The translations under genes and the position numbers were made by a program. A stretch of 63,916 bases of DNA, the filler included, from Lenisia limosa (lineage: Eukaryota > Protista > Breviatea), in the NCBI GenBank assembly GCA_001655205.1. It is 15 parts of 15 records of this genome, joined end to end, with 100 filler letters (N's around TTAATTAATTAA, not from the genome) between each part and the next. Parts side by side here need not be neighbours in the genome. Positions count along the whole stretch, not along the records: positions 33,698 to 45,323 come from LPNZ01004604.1; positions 45,424 to 50,716 come from LPNZ01008599.1; 13 more parts are not named here. One strand, written 5' to 3'. The notes under the pieces are model-generated. The model worked only from the letters and a program-made list of their open reading frames with translations. It was not told where the DNA came from and did no database searches. Position 1 is the stretch's first letter, and each line of letters opens with the position of its first letter. Of this stretch, positions 35,214-47,190 are shown piece after piece.

Positions 35214-35722
35214 ATACTGTTTTTGAGGGTCGTTGGGGTGGGGTTCTTTGTATATTCATATTTTTCTGTTTCCACAAGCGAGTTATATAAGGCACACCAA
35301 CAATGGGGGTTGAGAAACTTGCTTTATTTCCTGCAGTTTCCTGTAAGCCATCAGAGAGCCATCAGCAATACATCTGCAATTAGCAGTATAACTTCCCAGC
35401 AGCTCTGGGTTAATCCGGCCCGTGTTACTTTTTGCCTTTTTTAAGTAGTCCGGGCCACAGTCAAAACCAGTATCCCAAACCGAGCCTATCTTGGCCCTGG
35501 AATTTATGGTGTGTGAAAGCTATTTACGACTCAGTTTGAGAGATAAAAAAAGGTAATCAAATAAACTAAATGAGGGAGTAAAGAAAGAAATTACCACAAC
35601 ATTAATTATTCTTCCAAGAAGAGGCTGAAGTTACCCAACTCCCGCTAATACCTTACTAATAGTAATTATAGACCTGATTTCACAAAGTAATGGACTACAG
35701 GTAGACTTGTTGTTGAGATAAA

Positions 35723-38700
35723 ATGGCAACTGTTGCCCCTGCAAAGAATGCAGGTTCTGACCAGCCTGCATGGGGGCCTGATGAAATAATAACATCAACC
35801 AACAAGCTTATTCCTCACGATGTGGAGTCTGGTCCTCAGAAAGCGAGAAGCTTCCTTCCTGAGAGCAATGTGGACAGCGTTCTCGGAGAGGCTATGAACC
35901 TTCTAAACGATATCAACATCTCAAGGTCTGTTTTGGTGAAGTTCTGGAACATGGCTTACCTTTTCAGCTCCTCTGGTCAGCTCTATGGTGGATTCTTCTA
36001 CTCGTTTTATGAAGATGCCCTCGAAGCGTATTATAGGGAGTATATATGGGTTAGTGGGCTTTGTGATGCGCTTGATTCAAAGACTGTTTCCTCACTGAGG
36101 CGACCCTTGTCTTCTCCTTCTTCAAGGCCCTATATGTTTAAAAAAATTAAAGACGTTCACAAGTCGTTGTGTGAAAAGAGCCGGATTTTGGTCACATCAT
36201 GGAACAACAGTCTTTATTATTCTGGTCTTTGTATTTGAGTCATCTACCCGAGGCCCAAGGGTTATTATTCCCTTCTCTGATATGATGTTATTTTTATGTT
36301 GCTATTATTATAAGCTATTCAGATTATTGCTTCAATTGCTTTGCCAGAAATATATCAGGATTCATCCAATTGTGCTATGTTTCGTATTTACTTTTAGTTG
36401 ACTCTTTCTACTATACTCCATTCAATGTAATGTAGTATGGGACCAAAGTGTTGAAAACGTTCGTTTAGGGCCTCTTTTTTAAATACAGTATTGCAGGAAG
36501 GGGCGTGTCAAGGAGTTTAATTCAAACCCACGTTACCTCTCCAGATCCGACAAAAGGACAGGATCATCACATCCCTCCAATTCTCTGTATTCATGTTCCT
36601 GCTCTTGGCGTGCATCAAGCTAACTACTGGCAAAATGGTGGGTTAATAGGCAGTAACATTGTAGAAGTGTTTCATTTTTTATTTTATTTTTCCTTGCCTA
36701 CTTCCTTTTTATTGTCCTTTCTGCTGTGTTTATATTATATTTTTTTCTTCTCATACATAAATGTGTATTATGTTCATCGGAATCACTCTTCAGGTAATGT
36801 TCATGACTAGCATCATCGTATCGCTAATCGCACTCGTTTTCACGGTCACTATCCGAACTTGTGGTAAAGGTAGGCAAGGTGTATTTTTTGTTAGCTAAAT
36901 ACGTATGCCTGCACTACATCTCATCTTGGCTGAACAATGCTAAAATAGATAAGCTGTCTATTATCGAATCGGTTAAATGGACACTTCCATTACTCCCACA
37001 TCCGCCATTTCACCAAGTAACATAAATTAGGCCTTTCTTTCGCTGAGTTTCTGATTGCCATTTTGTTATGGGTGGCTAACTTTGTGACCGTTTTCCTTGC
37101 ACCGTACCTGGAAAACGGCGAATACGTCTCCAATTCTACAATCGAGTAAGCAGGTCACATTTTAGGCATTTCTACTTCACAGCAATAGCGTTTCCGTTGT
37201 GTTTTTTTTTTCTCAGTTGAACTGCCCTATTTTCTGAATGCTTTTTTCTGCCTTACCCTTTGCTCCCCCTAACCAAAAAGGGTTACGAACCTCATGGCAA
37301 CATTGGCCATTCCAACTCTGGTGTTTCGGGTCAGCTACTTCTCTGCATTCTTTATGGGGTGGTCAAGTATCATCACGACTGCGACTATAGCCCTTGTTTT
37401 TGGTGGGTTCGTCTTGACAATATGACCAGCAGGTACAGAGTATTGTTTACTGACTTGAATGTATATTGTTTATTTGTTTTATTTCAAAGAACAATCTGGT
37501 CAATCATAGAAACAGCAAAAGACCTCTCAGTATAAAGTCAGATGGTTAACTATTTTAGGGGAGAATGATGCTTTCTATGAGGACAAAATGCTCTCTTTCA
37601 TCCCATTGTCCACGTTCTTCTTCTTAATTTTCATGTGGGTTAAGGGATCGTGTTAAATAAGGTTGTATCTGACCGAAGCCGTCCACACTATCACGCTTAT
37701 AAGAGTTATTGGATTGTAGTATTATATTTATTCACCCAATCATCTGCCTTCAATTCTGTGCACACAGCTTCCTGCGTGCCTCACCAGCATACGATAAAGT
37801 ACACAGCTTCTGCCTGACAGCTTTTCTTCTTCTTCATGCTTTCACCTTCAAACTGGCAAATCAATAGGGTACAATGTTAATGGTATTTAGTTATGGGGCT
37901 GCACACATTGACGCTTCCCGTCGAGCCACTTTCCTTCTGCAAGTAAGGGGTCCAAAATAGCAGTATTACATATTTTGATAGCTATACGAAAGCGGATTGA
38001 ATCTTTTTTCTCTTATGATACCAATACTATATTTAAGAGTCTTTTTTTAACTACTCCAATTGCAGGTCAATATGAAACGTGCCAATAACAAGCTGGAAAA
38101 CACAATCTCCACAATGGAGAAAGTCAAAAAGGGGCAATTGGTGAGCAGGTAGAGTCACAGCTGTTTGTTGTAACAGTTTGTGTTGAATATGATATAAAAC
38201 AACACATATCAATACTTACCCCCTCTCCCAGCACGCCGACAATGACACGAAGGAATGGCTTCTCAACCAGTACAGTACCAATGGTACCCGACAGAGGAGA
38301 CGGAGAGGCTCAATTTCAAGGTCTCCCGCTGACTCCCCGCTTCTCACCCCGGTCAAGACTTCCTCACGAGAAAGTTGTGGGAGGGGGGGGGGTGAGTTGA
38401 AACGTTTCAAAGAATTACAACGATAGTGATTAACTGTAATCGGATGCAGAAGAGTAGTCACATGGTATGGACAATATTAATTTGATCAAATCGATATCTT
38501 TTTTTCTTTTTAAGTTTTTCTTCGTATTTCGTATATTACAATCAATTTACCGATGAATAATATATCCTGGGACACACTGCACAACTAATTCGTTCCCCAG
38601 TCCAACATTCAGTGTCCGCAAATGACAACAAGTTCACCAACTCTGCCTCCCTGGACCGAGACCAGCTTGATGCACTAAGAGCCGGCTCGTCATCCTCGAT

Positions 38701-39460
38701 CAATAGATCACCATCTCTTGTCTCAGACGGTAGTGGGGATCCCCCTCCTCTCGCCCATATCACCTTATTTTCAATCCTTAGTTTCTTTTAAAATTCTCCA
38801 ATAGTGATAATTTTTGGTACTTCATCATGATTTCAATTGTTACTCACTCACCCAGAGATCACTGCGGTTGTGGCATCAGGCTTNNNNNNNNNNNNNNNNN
38901 NNNNNNNNNNNNNNNNNNNNNNNNNNNNNNNNNNNNNNNNNNNNNNNNNNNNNNNNNNNNNNNNNNNNNCCGGTGTCCCCCCCGTGTTCAACCGTCGAAT
39001 GTCAACATCTGCCACTCTACAGCGCCATGACCTGGTGGGGATAAAGACTTTTAGGTCTTTGTTTTGAGAGGCTTATACTCCTGGTACAAGTTATAATACC
39101 TTGTGACGTCAAAGATCGTACCATCGGCTTTGCCTCAGCCTATCAGTCTGCCCAGCACGGCGCCGCGATCTACGGACTCGTCCACCTTGCCCTCTGCTCA
39201 TCGCACTCGTTTGGAGGGTTTTGGGCTATTTAGCTTTGTATGAACATTTCTTTACTGGTATCATTGTATTTCTCTATTTTGGTGTCGGAATAACTTGGGA
39301 TTATCACTCCATGAAACAACAACTGCTACATTCTAGCTGACCGCTAAACCTGTTTTCAGACTCGATATATATTATAACGATGTAGCGCGTGTGCCTCAGG
39401 TTATTGAAGAGGAAGGTGGTGGACAACAAGCAACAACTGTGGCAACCGGTGGGGTAGCAA
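35723..39460 (+). CDS. Multi-pass membrane region plus linker exons; possibly the N-terminal part of the downstream phosphodiesterase
   Basis: Hydrophobic exons (FSVFMFLLLACI; IIVSLIALVFTV; FLIAILLWVANFVTVFL), a coiled-coil exon (VNMKRANNKLENTISTMEK) and Ser-rich exons, all on the same strand as the PDE. Confidence 0.45.
37655..37792 (+). repeat. Family A repeat copy
   Basis: gttgtatctgaccgaagccgtccacactatcacgcttataagag...ttcacccaatcat...tctgtgcacacagcttcctgcgtgcctcaccagcatacg. Confidence 0.85.
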
Positions 39461-40894
39461 CATGTTATGGAGAATAATTGGGCGTAAAGTTCTTCAATAC
39501 TATAGTTTCTGTTATGATGATAATACCAAGAGGAAATGGCAGCACAAGCCGTTGACCAAACTAGGTATCACCCCAGGCCACCCCTTGTCAGCCCGTAGAA
39601 CGTCTATAGTCGTGTACGGCGCTTCTGACCCAGAACTTGAAACGGCTCCGTCAGGTGAAGGGAGAATATAAATATGTTAGTACATATGATATCATATCAA
39701 GAAAACTTTTAGCATCATAATCCCAAGATTGGGTAGAAAATACTGTTTTTGTTTTGCTGGTTTAAACACCACCTGATCCTGTTGGCACCATCACTCTACT
39801 AACCGTTATGTTGTAACTAACACTCAATAGGACCATGGCCCGAAAACCAGAGTGGTTCAATATCGGGCGCACCACTCCAAGGCAATGACTCGTCCTTCAT
39901 AAAGTCCACTGACAGCTTTGCGCTGCGGACGACTCATGTGTCTTCTCAGCATGCTACGGTTGCATTGGTAGGTTAAGAGGCATCCAGTTATCATCAAATT
40001 TTAATTTATGTTATGCAATTTAGGTGCTTTATTTTTTCAAGACTCAATTTTGAGGAGGAATGATATGTCTTGTTTTAAATTACTTGAACGCACACCCCGC
40101 TCATCCACTTTCATGCCATCATTCCCAGATCGTCATAACCACTTAGACCTCGCTTTCAGGCGGCCGACTCCCCATTTTGTCCATTTTCCCTCTCACAGAC
40201 CTGCGGTTTGCCTTCTGCTTCAATTTCAGTGTATTCTTATATTCGTTTTCTTTTCTTTTTTTTTGCTTCAAAATATATTATTACAAAAAATCAATTGTTA
40301 CACCTAACGAGTCAGATTCACCCTCAGCCTCCCTCCCAACAATACTGCCCCTCCACCATTTCCCCCAACCACCCAACCGACCGTGGTGAGCTGAATATGA
40401 GGAGTTTTGTACAGGATGAGTACAGGATGAGTCATGGTACTCGTTTAACTAGTTCCATGTCTTTTAGTTTCATGGTACTCTTTTAATCAGTTTCATATCA
40501 CCCGTGTAGGCGCCTCCAAATTTGAGCGGTAACGTTGCTGTTGAATTCCAGGTTTGCCCACATGGCCAGCCGCTACATTTCAACGATGAAATAAACAGCA
40601 ACCAAGCACACCTTAAAACTGAACTCTTAGCATCCCTTAACTATTCACCATCCATTATTACGCACGGCCTTACCCAAAACAGGCACTTCTCTCGTCAGTT
40701 GACCAGTTTGACTTTGACGTTCATATGGCCGATAGGTTAACAAGCGGACATTCCCTCTTCTTCGTTGTATGGGGGGAGGGGGATTATTGTTTTTCTTGGA
40801 TTGGATGGGTTGAACCTTTTATATCTGCTTTATATTGTATCCACTATATCGCTCCTCTGTTTCACTGAAGACAACTATACATCTCACCACTCAG

Positions 40895-43252
40895 TCCCGA
40901 TATCTTTTCCATCACTTCGGCCTGATATCGAGGTTCAAGCTAGATACCGCTAAAGTCGAAGCCTTCCTCATTGCTGTTCAAGTGGGAGGATATAGTTATT
41001 ATGATGATCAAGAATATTATTTTATTGGAATGCCAATTATCTCAACTTTCATCGTTAATTTGTTGACACTATCAGCAACGATATCACTGGCGCAACCCCT
41101 ACCACAATGCGCGCCATGCGTGCGACGTTGTTGTGGCGTTCTGTTCAATGGCCCAGGTATGGATGTTGTTTGAGAACAAGCAAATTATTACAATCTAGTA
41201 CATAGTATTGTACTAAATTCATTATTGGCTACTACAAACAGCTTTATGTTTTCCGAAGTTAAATTAATGATTATTTGTGGATAACAATGGGAGGTTTAAC
41301 TTCGGAAAACATAAAGCTAAGGTAATATCATATGATACGACATGGACTGATATTTGAATTGATTGAAGTGACTGATATAATTGACACTGACTGGATTCAG
41401 ACTGCTACGCTCGAGAAGTACCTGGACGATATAGACAGTAGGATGGNNNNNNNNNNNNNNNNNNNNNNNNNNNNNNNNNNNNNNNNNNNNNNNNNNNNNN
41501 NNNNNNNNNNNNNNNNNNNNNNNNNNNNNNNNNNNNNNNNNNNNAATCATATCTTTTTTCATTATTCCCTTATGTGATCTACATGGTGACACAGGAGAGT
41601 TGATATTGTGCACACATATCTCACCACCATATAGTCCTTGCGGGGCTCATCGCGGCCATTATTCACGATATCGACCACCCTGGGTTTAACAACACCTTCA
41701 TGATCAGAAACTCCACGGAACCAGGTTGGAGGAAGGGCATTATTTGACCTTTGTTTTCTTTCTACACATGTTTATCAAGTAGGCACAAGAACGGTACATG
41801 TAGAATACACAGAATAGGATCATACAAACCATGTTGTTAAATGTATTCACGTTACAGCTCATGTTTTCAACGACCAATCAGTTCTGGAGAACCACCATCT
41901 TGTCTACGGTCTGCATATCCTCCAGTCGTATGCGGGCTAATCTTCTTTTTGAGCTGGGGAAGTTTCACTCACAAACGCGCACTTCGAGACCGAATTTTCC
42001 GTCATTTTTTTGGATACTACTTTTTAATTATTCAGGCCTGGATGTGATTTACTGTCGCACCTTCCTGCAGTTGACCAAAGGGAAATCCGAGCGTCCATCA
42101 TTGACTGCGTGCTGNNNNNNNNNNNNNNNNNNNNNNNNNNNNNNNNNNNNNNNNNNNNNNNNNNNNNNNNNNNNNNNNNNNNNNNNNNNNNNNNNNNNNN
42201 NNNNNNNNNNNNCCACCCAGTGCTTCATATTTTCCAAACTATACAGGCAACAGAGTTTCCCCCGAAGCAGCTTTTCGTTGTGTATCCGCTTTGATCCCAC
42301 TAGATATGTCACGGCACTTCGAATTCACTGAGAAGTTTGCCTCAAGAGCTCCAGAAATCCGTTGGCTGGCTGGATGGGGTCTATTTGTTGTAAATATTAT
42401 TTCGTATTTGCATTGATAAACTCGGTGCTTACCATATTAGGACAGTTATCTGATCTTGAGATTGACGATAAGCGCCTTTTGATGATGGTAGGGGTGAAAT
42501 TTGCTGGCAGGATTATTCACAACTGCATTCGTTTTCGTTGATTTGATGTCATTCTCATCCGTCTTCGTTTTATGTTTTTTGTTTCTTAACTTTCACCTTG
42601 CTCCCAAATTTTCCAATTTTACTCTCCCCCCCCCCCNNNNNNNNNNNNNNNNNNNNNNNNNNNNNNNNNNNNNNNNNNNNNNNNNNNNNNNNNNNNNNNN
42701 NNNNNNNNNNNNNNNNNNNNNNNNNNNNNNNNNNNNNNNNNNNNNNNNNNNNNNNNNNNNNNNNNNNNNNNNNNNNNNNNNNNNNNNNNNNNNNNNNNNN
42801 NNNNNNNNNNNNNNNNNNNNNNNNNNNNGAATGTCTTAGTTTCATGTACCACCACCTCCCCCCAATGCCTGACACCGCATCTATCTAGACGTTCCCGTTT
42901 CGATGTTCATGAACCGGGAAGGGGCGGACATTCCAAAGTCGCAGCTTGGCTTCATAGATTTTGTTATTAAGGTGGGGGGGGGGGGATCTTCCTAAAATCC
43001 TGACACTAGTTCAAAATGCAAAATCATCATCGCCACCTCATCATCATCAGCGTTACGCTTTTTTAATCGCTATATATCCGTATCGCTATGTCTTGATTTT
43101 TAAAACCTCAAAACTGATCCTTCCAGCCCATGGTTGAGTCATGGGTTGAATTCTCTGGAGAACCGGGCCTGAGAACTGTGCTACAGCGAAATCGTCAATA
43201 CTGGAAACAGTGGGGAAGGGGGAGGGTAACTGAAATTGCCGTTTGGTATTGA
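40895..43252 (+). CDS. Class I 3',5'-cyclic nucleotide phosphodiesterase catalytic domain
   Basis: YLFHHFGLISRFKLD, NPYHNARHACDV, AAIIHDIDHPGFNNTF, FNDQSVLENHH and IPKSQLGFIDFVIKP are canonical PDEase_I motifs. Confidence 0.93.
41240..41318. repeat. Perfect 24-bp inverted repeat (MITE-like hairpin) in a PDE intron
   Basis: agctttatgttttccgaagttaaa (41240-41263) and its exact reverse complement (41295-41318). Confidence 0.85.
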
Positions 43253-43593
43253 CTCTTTAGAATGCAAAGCATGGGTGTAACTGGAGTGCGAGCTTAATTA
43301 TGTTGTATAGTATATTAGGTTAATGAACATGTTTATTATGTATTATTACCAAAGTAGTTGGAGTAACACTCCTAGTCCATGTACAGTTCATATCTCGACA
43401 TTCCAAGAGTTGAGAAAGCAAATGTAATCACAGTTAACACGTATTTACTAGTGAAAACGATTTATCGTCTTCCTGATTCAGCATGTCGCATATTTTGAAA
43501 AGACGAAATCACAAAGAGAAACAATCCCAAGGTGTAAAATCCACACAAGATTCATTTCCTGGAAACATTTAGACACAAGAATATACAAGTTCA

Positions 43594-43879
43594 CTAATTG
43601 AGGACACCAGTAACTGTTCGCCTCCTGATACCCTCTGGCTCACCCTCTTTTATCGTTTTGACCTCATCTCTCTCTCCGCAATTGATTTCCACATCCTCCT
43701 CTCTTTTCTCCTGTTCTCTGTTTTCTTGCTCTATCACTTCGATCTTCTCAGACATATCTCTATCACCTTCCATTCCTTCCTTCTTTTCTTCCTCATTTTC
43801 TTGTTTCTTCTCTTCTTCCTTCTCTTCTTCCTTCTCTTCTTCCTCCTTCACTTCTTGATTTTGTTCCTTCTTTGGGCCT
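43594..43879 (-). CDS. Glu/Lys-rich terminal exon of an unidentified gene
   Basis: Acceptor ttttcag followed by GPKKEQNQEVKEEEEKEEE...GIRRRTVTGVLN*. Confidence 0.45.
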
Positions 43880-45897
43880 GAAAAAATGAGACTACATATA
43901 TCATTGTTATAATGGGATAAAAATGATTTCGCAGAAATATAATTGAAATTGGTATTTTGTCCCTCACGTATACCCAAAAAAAAAATGAGACTACATATAT
44001 CATTGTTATAATGGGATAAAAATGATTTCGCAGAAATATAATTGAAATTGGTATATTGTCCCTCACGTATACCCACCCCCAAGAAGGTTCATCTCTGCTG
44101 CCAGGATGTTTTCAGAACTAAACAGGTTAGAAGCGTCCTTTTCTTTAAAAGAATGATACACTCCCATACTAAACGTGATGTTGGTGGTGTACTGGATCAA
44201 TTTAAATTACAAAGATAAAAACCTTAGGTTATTAGACCTGACCAACCCACCTGGGTTGGGATACCACGATAGAGGGGGAACTGTCTGGAACGTCAGAAGG
44301 TGCGGAAAAAGAAATTGAGGGAGTATCGGGTTCAAGTAAGATGCAACACGAGAAACGTCAAGAGGTATGTGTGTTAATTATATTGTGGCATACTATGATA
44401 CACAAAAAAGGGGGTCAAATAACACAAGGTGGAATCCATACCCACCTTGGTGGTTGGGATTGGAAGGCGGGGAGTTGGGTTTAGCGTTGGGATGGGGGGT
44501 GCTAGGTGCCTAGAATTGTAAATCTCCAAGTATAATAGTAGCATGTCTCCCTTCCTCCCACAAGTTGCTGTTCATGACCTTGTCCACTTTTTAAAAAATT
44601 CTGGCCCGCGGCCTGGGTTGCCTTTTTGTTGGATTTTTTTCATAATTGTGATATTTTTGCTTTTAAAACATAGTATNNNNNNNNNNNNNNNNNNNNNNNN
44701 NNNNNNNNNNNNNNNNNNNNNNNNNNNNNNNNNNNNNNNNNNNNNNNNNNNNNNNNNNNNNNCCCTATTGTTATATTGTAATATGAACCATCATTAACTG
44801 AACATCACTTGAACTTTCTTGTTTCCACCAGTTTACTCTGGTCAGCATTTTACCAGTATCTAGGATTAATTTTACGTTTTGACACATAAAATTAATAAAA
44901 TATTTTGTAGGAAGTGGTTTTTATTTCACAGAGTTAAAAGCGATGGATCCCTTTAAAAAGGCATTTCATTCTCTTTCAGACAAGGTAAGGGTTGGGGGAA
45001 GCACAACGTTTTTTTGAAAATTACCCCTTTATTTTTGTTGTTTTTGAAAAAAATGACTCATTGATAGCCTCAAAATGAACTTGAATGATTGAGATTGGAA
45101 CTAAGGAAGAAAAAGGAAGAATTCTTCAAATTGCCAACACACGCACAGATTTATTCCATTTTTTCAATCGCTTCTAACATGGGTATGGAACACACTCTCT
45201 CCCATAGAAAAATCCAAACACGTCTTTCTGTAAGTCCAATATCCATTTGAAGTTCACCTCCTAGTTGTCATCAAAAACCTTAGTGGCTAAATATAAGGAT
45301 GGGGCAGTCCCAAAAGATTCATTNNNNNNNNNNNNNNNNNNNNNNNNNNNNNNNNNNNNNNNNNNNNTTAATTAATTAANNNNNNNNNNNNNNNNNNNNN
45401 NNNNNNNNNNNNNNNNNNNNNNNAACAAAAACAACACAAAATCAACTCTGCAATAATGGAAATATATGAAACAAGAAACCTAAAAATCATCTCTGTTTTG
45501 TGACCATGATAATTTTAGAGGCAGGTGACTTTCCCAAATAAAAAAAAATAAAAATAAAAAAAGTAAAAAAGTAAAAACGGTGACAAAACTACCAGTGATT
45601 TTCTCGATAAATACTTGTATAATATTGGTCTTTGAGGGACTGGGTCATCATTCTTCACCTGTACCTACATTCTCTGCATTTCTCTCTCCGAGCGAACAGA
45701 CGTACGTTCATGCGAAAATCTGCAGCGGTAAGCAGGTGCTCATTAGAATTGAACACTCAAAACCGTTCTACCTTTTCATCAAGATAATCTGCTCTGAATA
45801 TAACACCCCTTATAAAACCCTACGACTTTTCGCAGTCAACCTCATTCCCCATTATATATATCATATACCCATAATTTCCCAGAGTATATGAAATATG

Positions 45898-46053
45898 CAT
45901 TGACCGCGGTAAGTCCTGGCACGGATATATTGAGCTTTATCTTTATTCAATGTGCCAGGACTTATCGCGGTCACTGTACTGAATAGAGATAAGTCTTGAC
46001 ACGGATATTGACCTTTGTCTTTGTTCAGTCGTAAGGACTTATCGCGGTCAGTG
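45898..46053. mobile_element. Two tandem family E MITEs
   Basis: ttgaccgcggtaagtcctggcac...gtgccaggacttatcgcggtcactg|TA|ctgaatagagataagtcttgac...ggacttatcgcggtcagtg|TA. Confidence 0.65.
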
Positions 46054-46220
46054 TATACCCCCCCACGTTTCGGCGTTGAGTTGGAGGCGGTCGGATGNNN
46101 NNNNNNNNNNNNNNNNNNNNNNNNNNNNNNNNNNNNNNNNNNNNNNNNNNNNNNNNNNNNNNNNNNNNNNNNNNNNNNNNNNNNNNNNNNNNNNNNNNNN
46201 GCCACTGTTTCTGTGGACAT

Positions 46221-46343
46221 CTGGGGAGGGAGGTTGAAGATGGAAAATTTATGAAACAAAAAACCCAAATCAACTCTGCTGTCTGAAAACATACGAGGGT
46301 TGATAACAACAAAACAAAAAAAGCCCAGGCCAGTCGCTTCTAC
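46221..46343 (-). repeat. Family C introner-like element spanning a complete GT-AG intron (123 nt)
   Basis: Minus strand gtagaagcgactggcctgggc...cagagttgatttggg...ttttccatcttcaacctccctccccag. Confidence 0.75.
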
Positions 46344-47190
46344 CGCATCCCATCACTCTAGCGCACGTGAAACATATGAAGGTATCCGTTAGAATAGAAA
46401 GTAGCACTGAATTCAATTCAGTCGCATAATCCAAAGCGACTGGCATTTATAATGCGCACAACGATTACTAAAATAAACTGTGAACAACACCACTATAAAG
46501 TCAGACACAGCCGATTCCCACTGTCAGGCTTATTGGGACGTTGGAATGTCACTTTAGGTCACCAACCTTGCTTGATAAGATCTCACGGGCCTGTTGGTTC
46601 TTCAAACGCTTCCCATGTCATGCCTGGCTGTAAAAGACATAAAAAGCCAGATTCTGAAGAAATGCGTGTTTTCTACTGAGCAAGCTCAGATGGCACCGAT
46701 ATAGATAAAGAGGAGCCTATTATGCTGGGTGATCTTGGCGGTGGATGGATGGCTACATTGCTCCTCTTGGTTAACACGAACTTAGTACGTAAATGAAGAA
46801 GTTTCCAAGGCGGAGGAGATTAAAGGGGAAGGAGTGAAGGGCGCGCAACGAACTGTTCCCAATTCCGGTTACATCGATTTTTAAATGTTCAACTGTATTC
46901 CTTTAATAAAGTTTAGATTGTTCCAAAGGATGTGCTTGTAAATAGGGCGCGTTTTCAGCGTTTTTCAAAACTGAATTATATATATTATACTGGGGGAAAA
47001 ATGACATAGCTGGTTCTATTGGTCACTTTTTTTCAATTTGGCAGATTTGGTCGCTTTATTACTAGCATTAAAGTCGATTATTGTGATTTAACAACCTAAA
47101 AACTTGAAAAGTAGTATTGCCTGTTTTTTGGTTATGGCTGATAAGGCTTAAAGAACATCCTCCCATTCTACTATGGGCCAAAAGAAAAAA

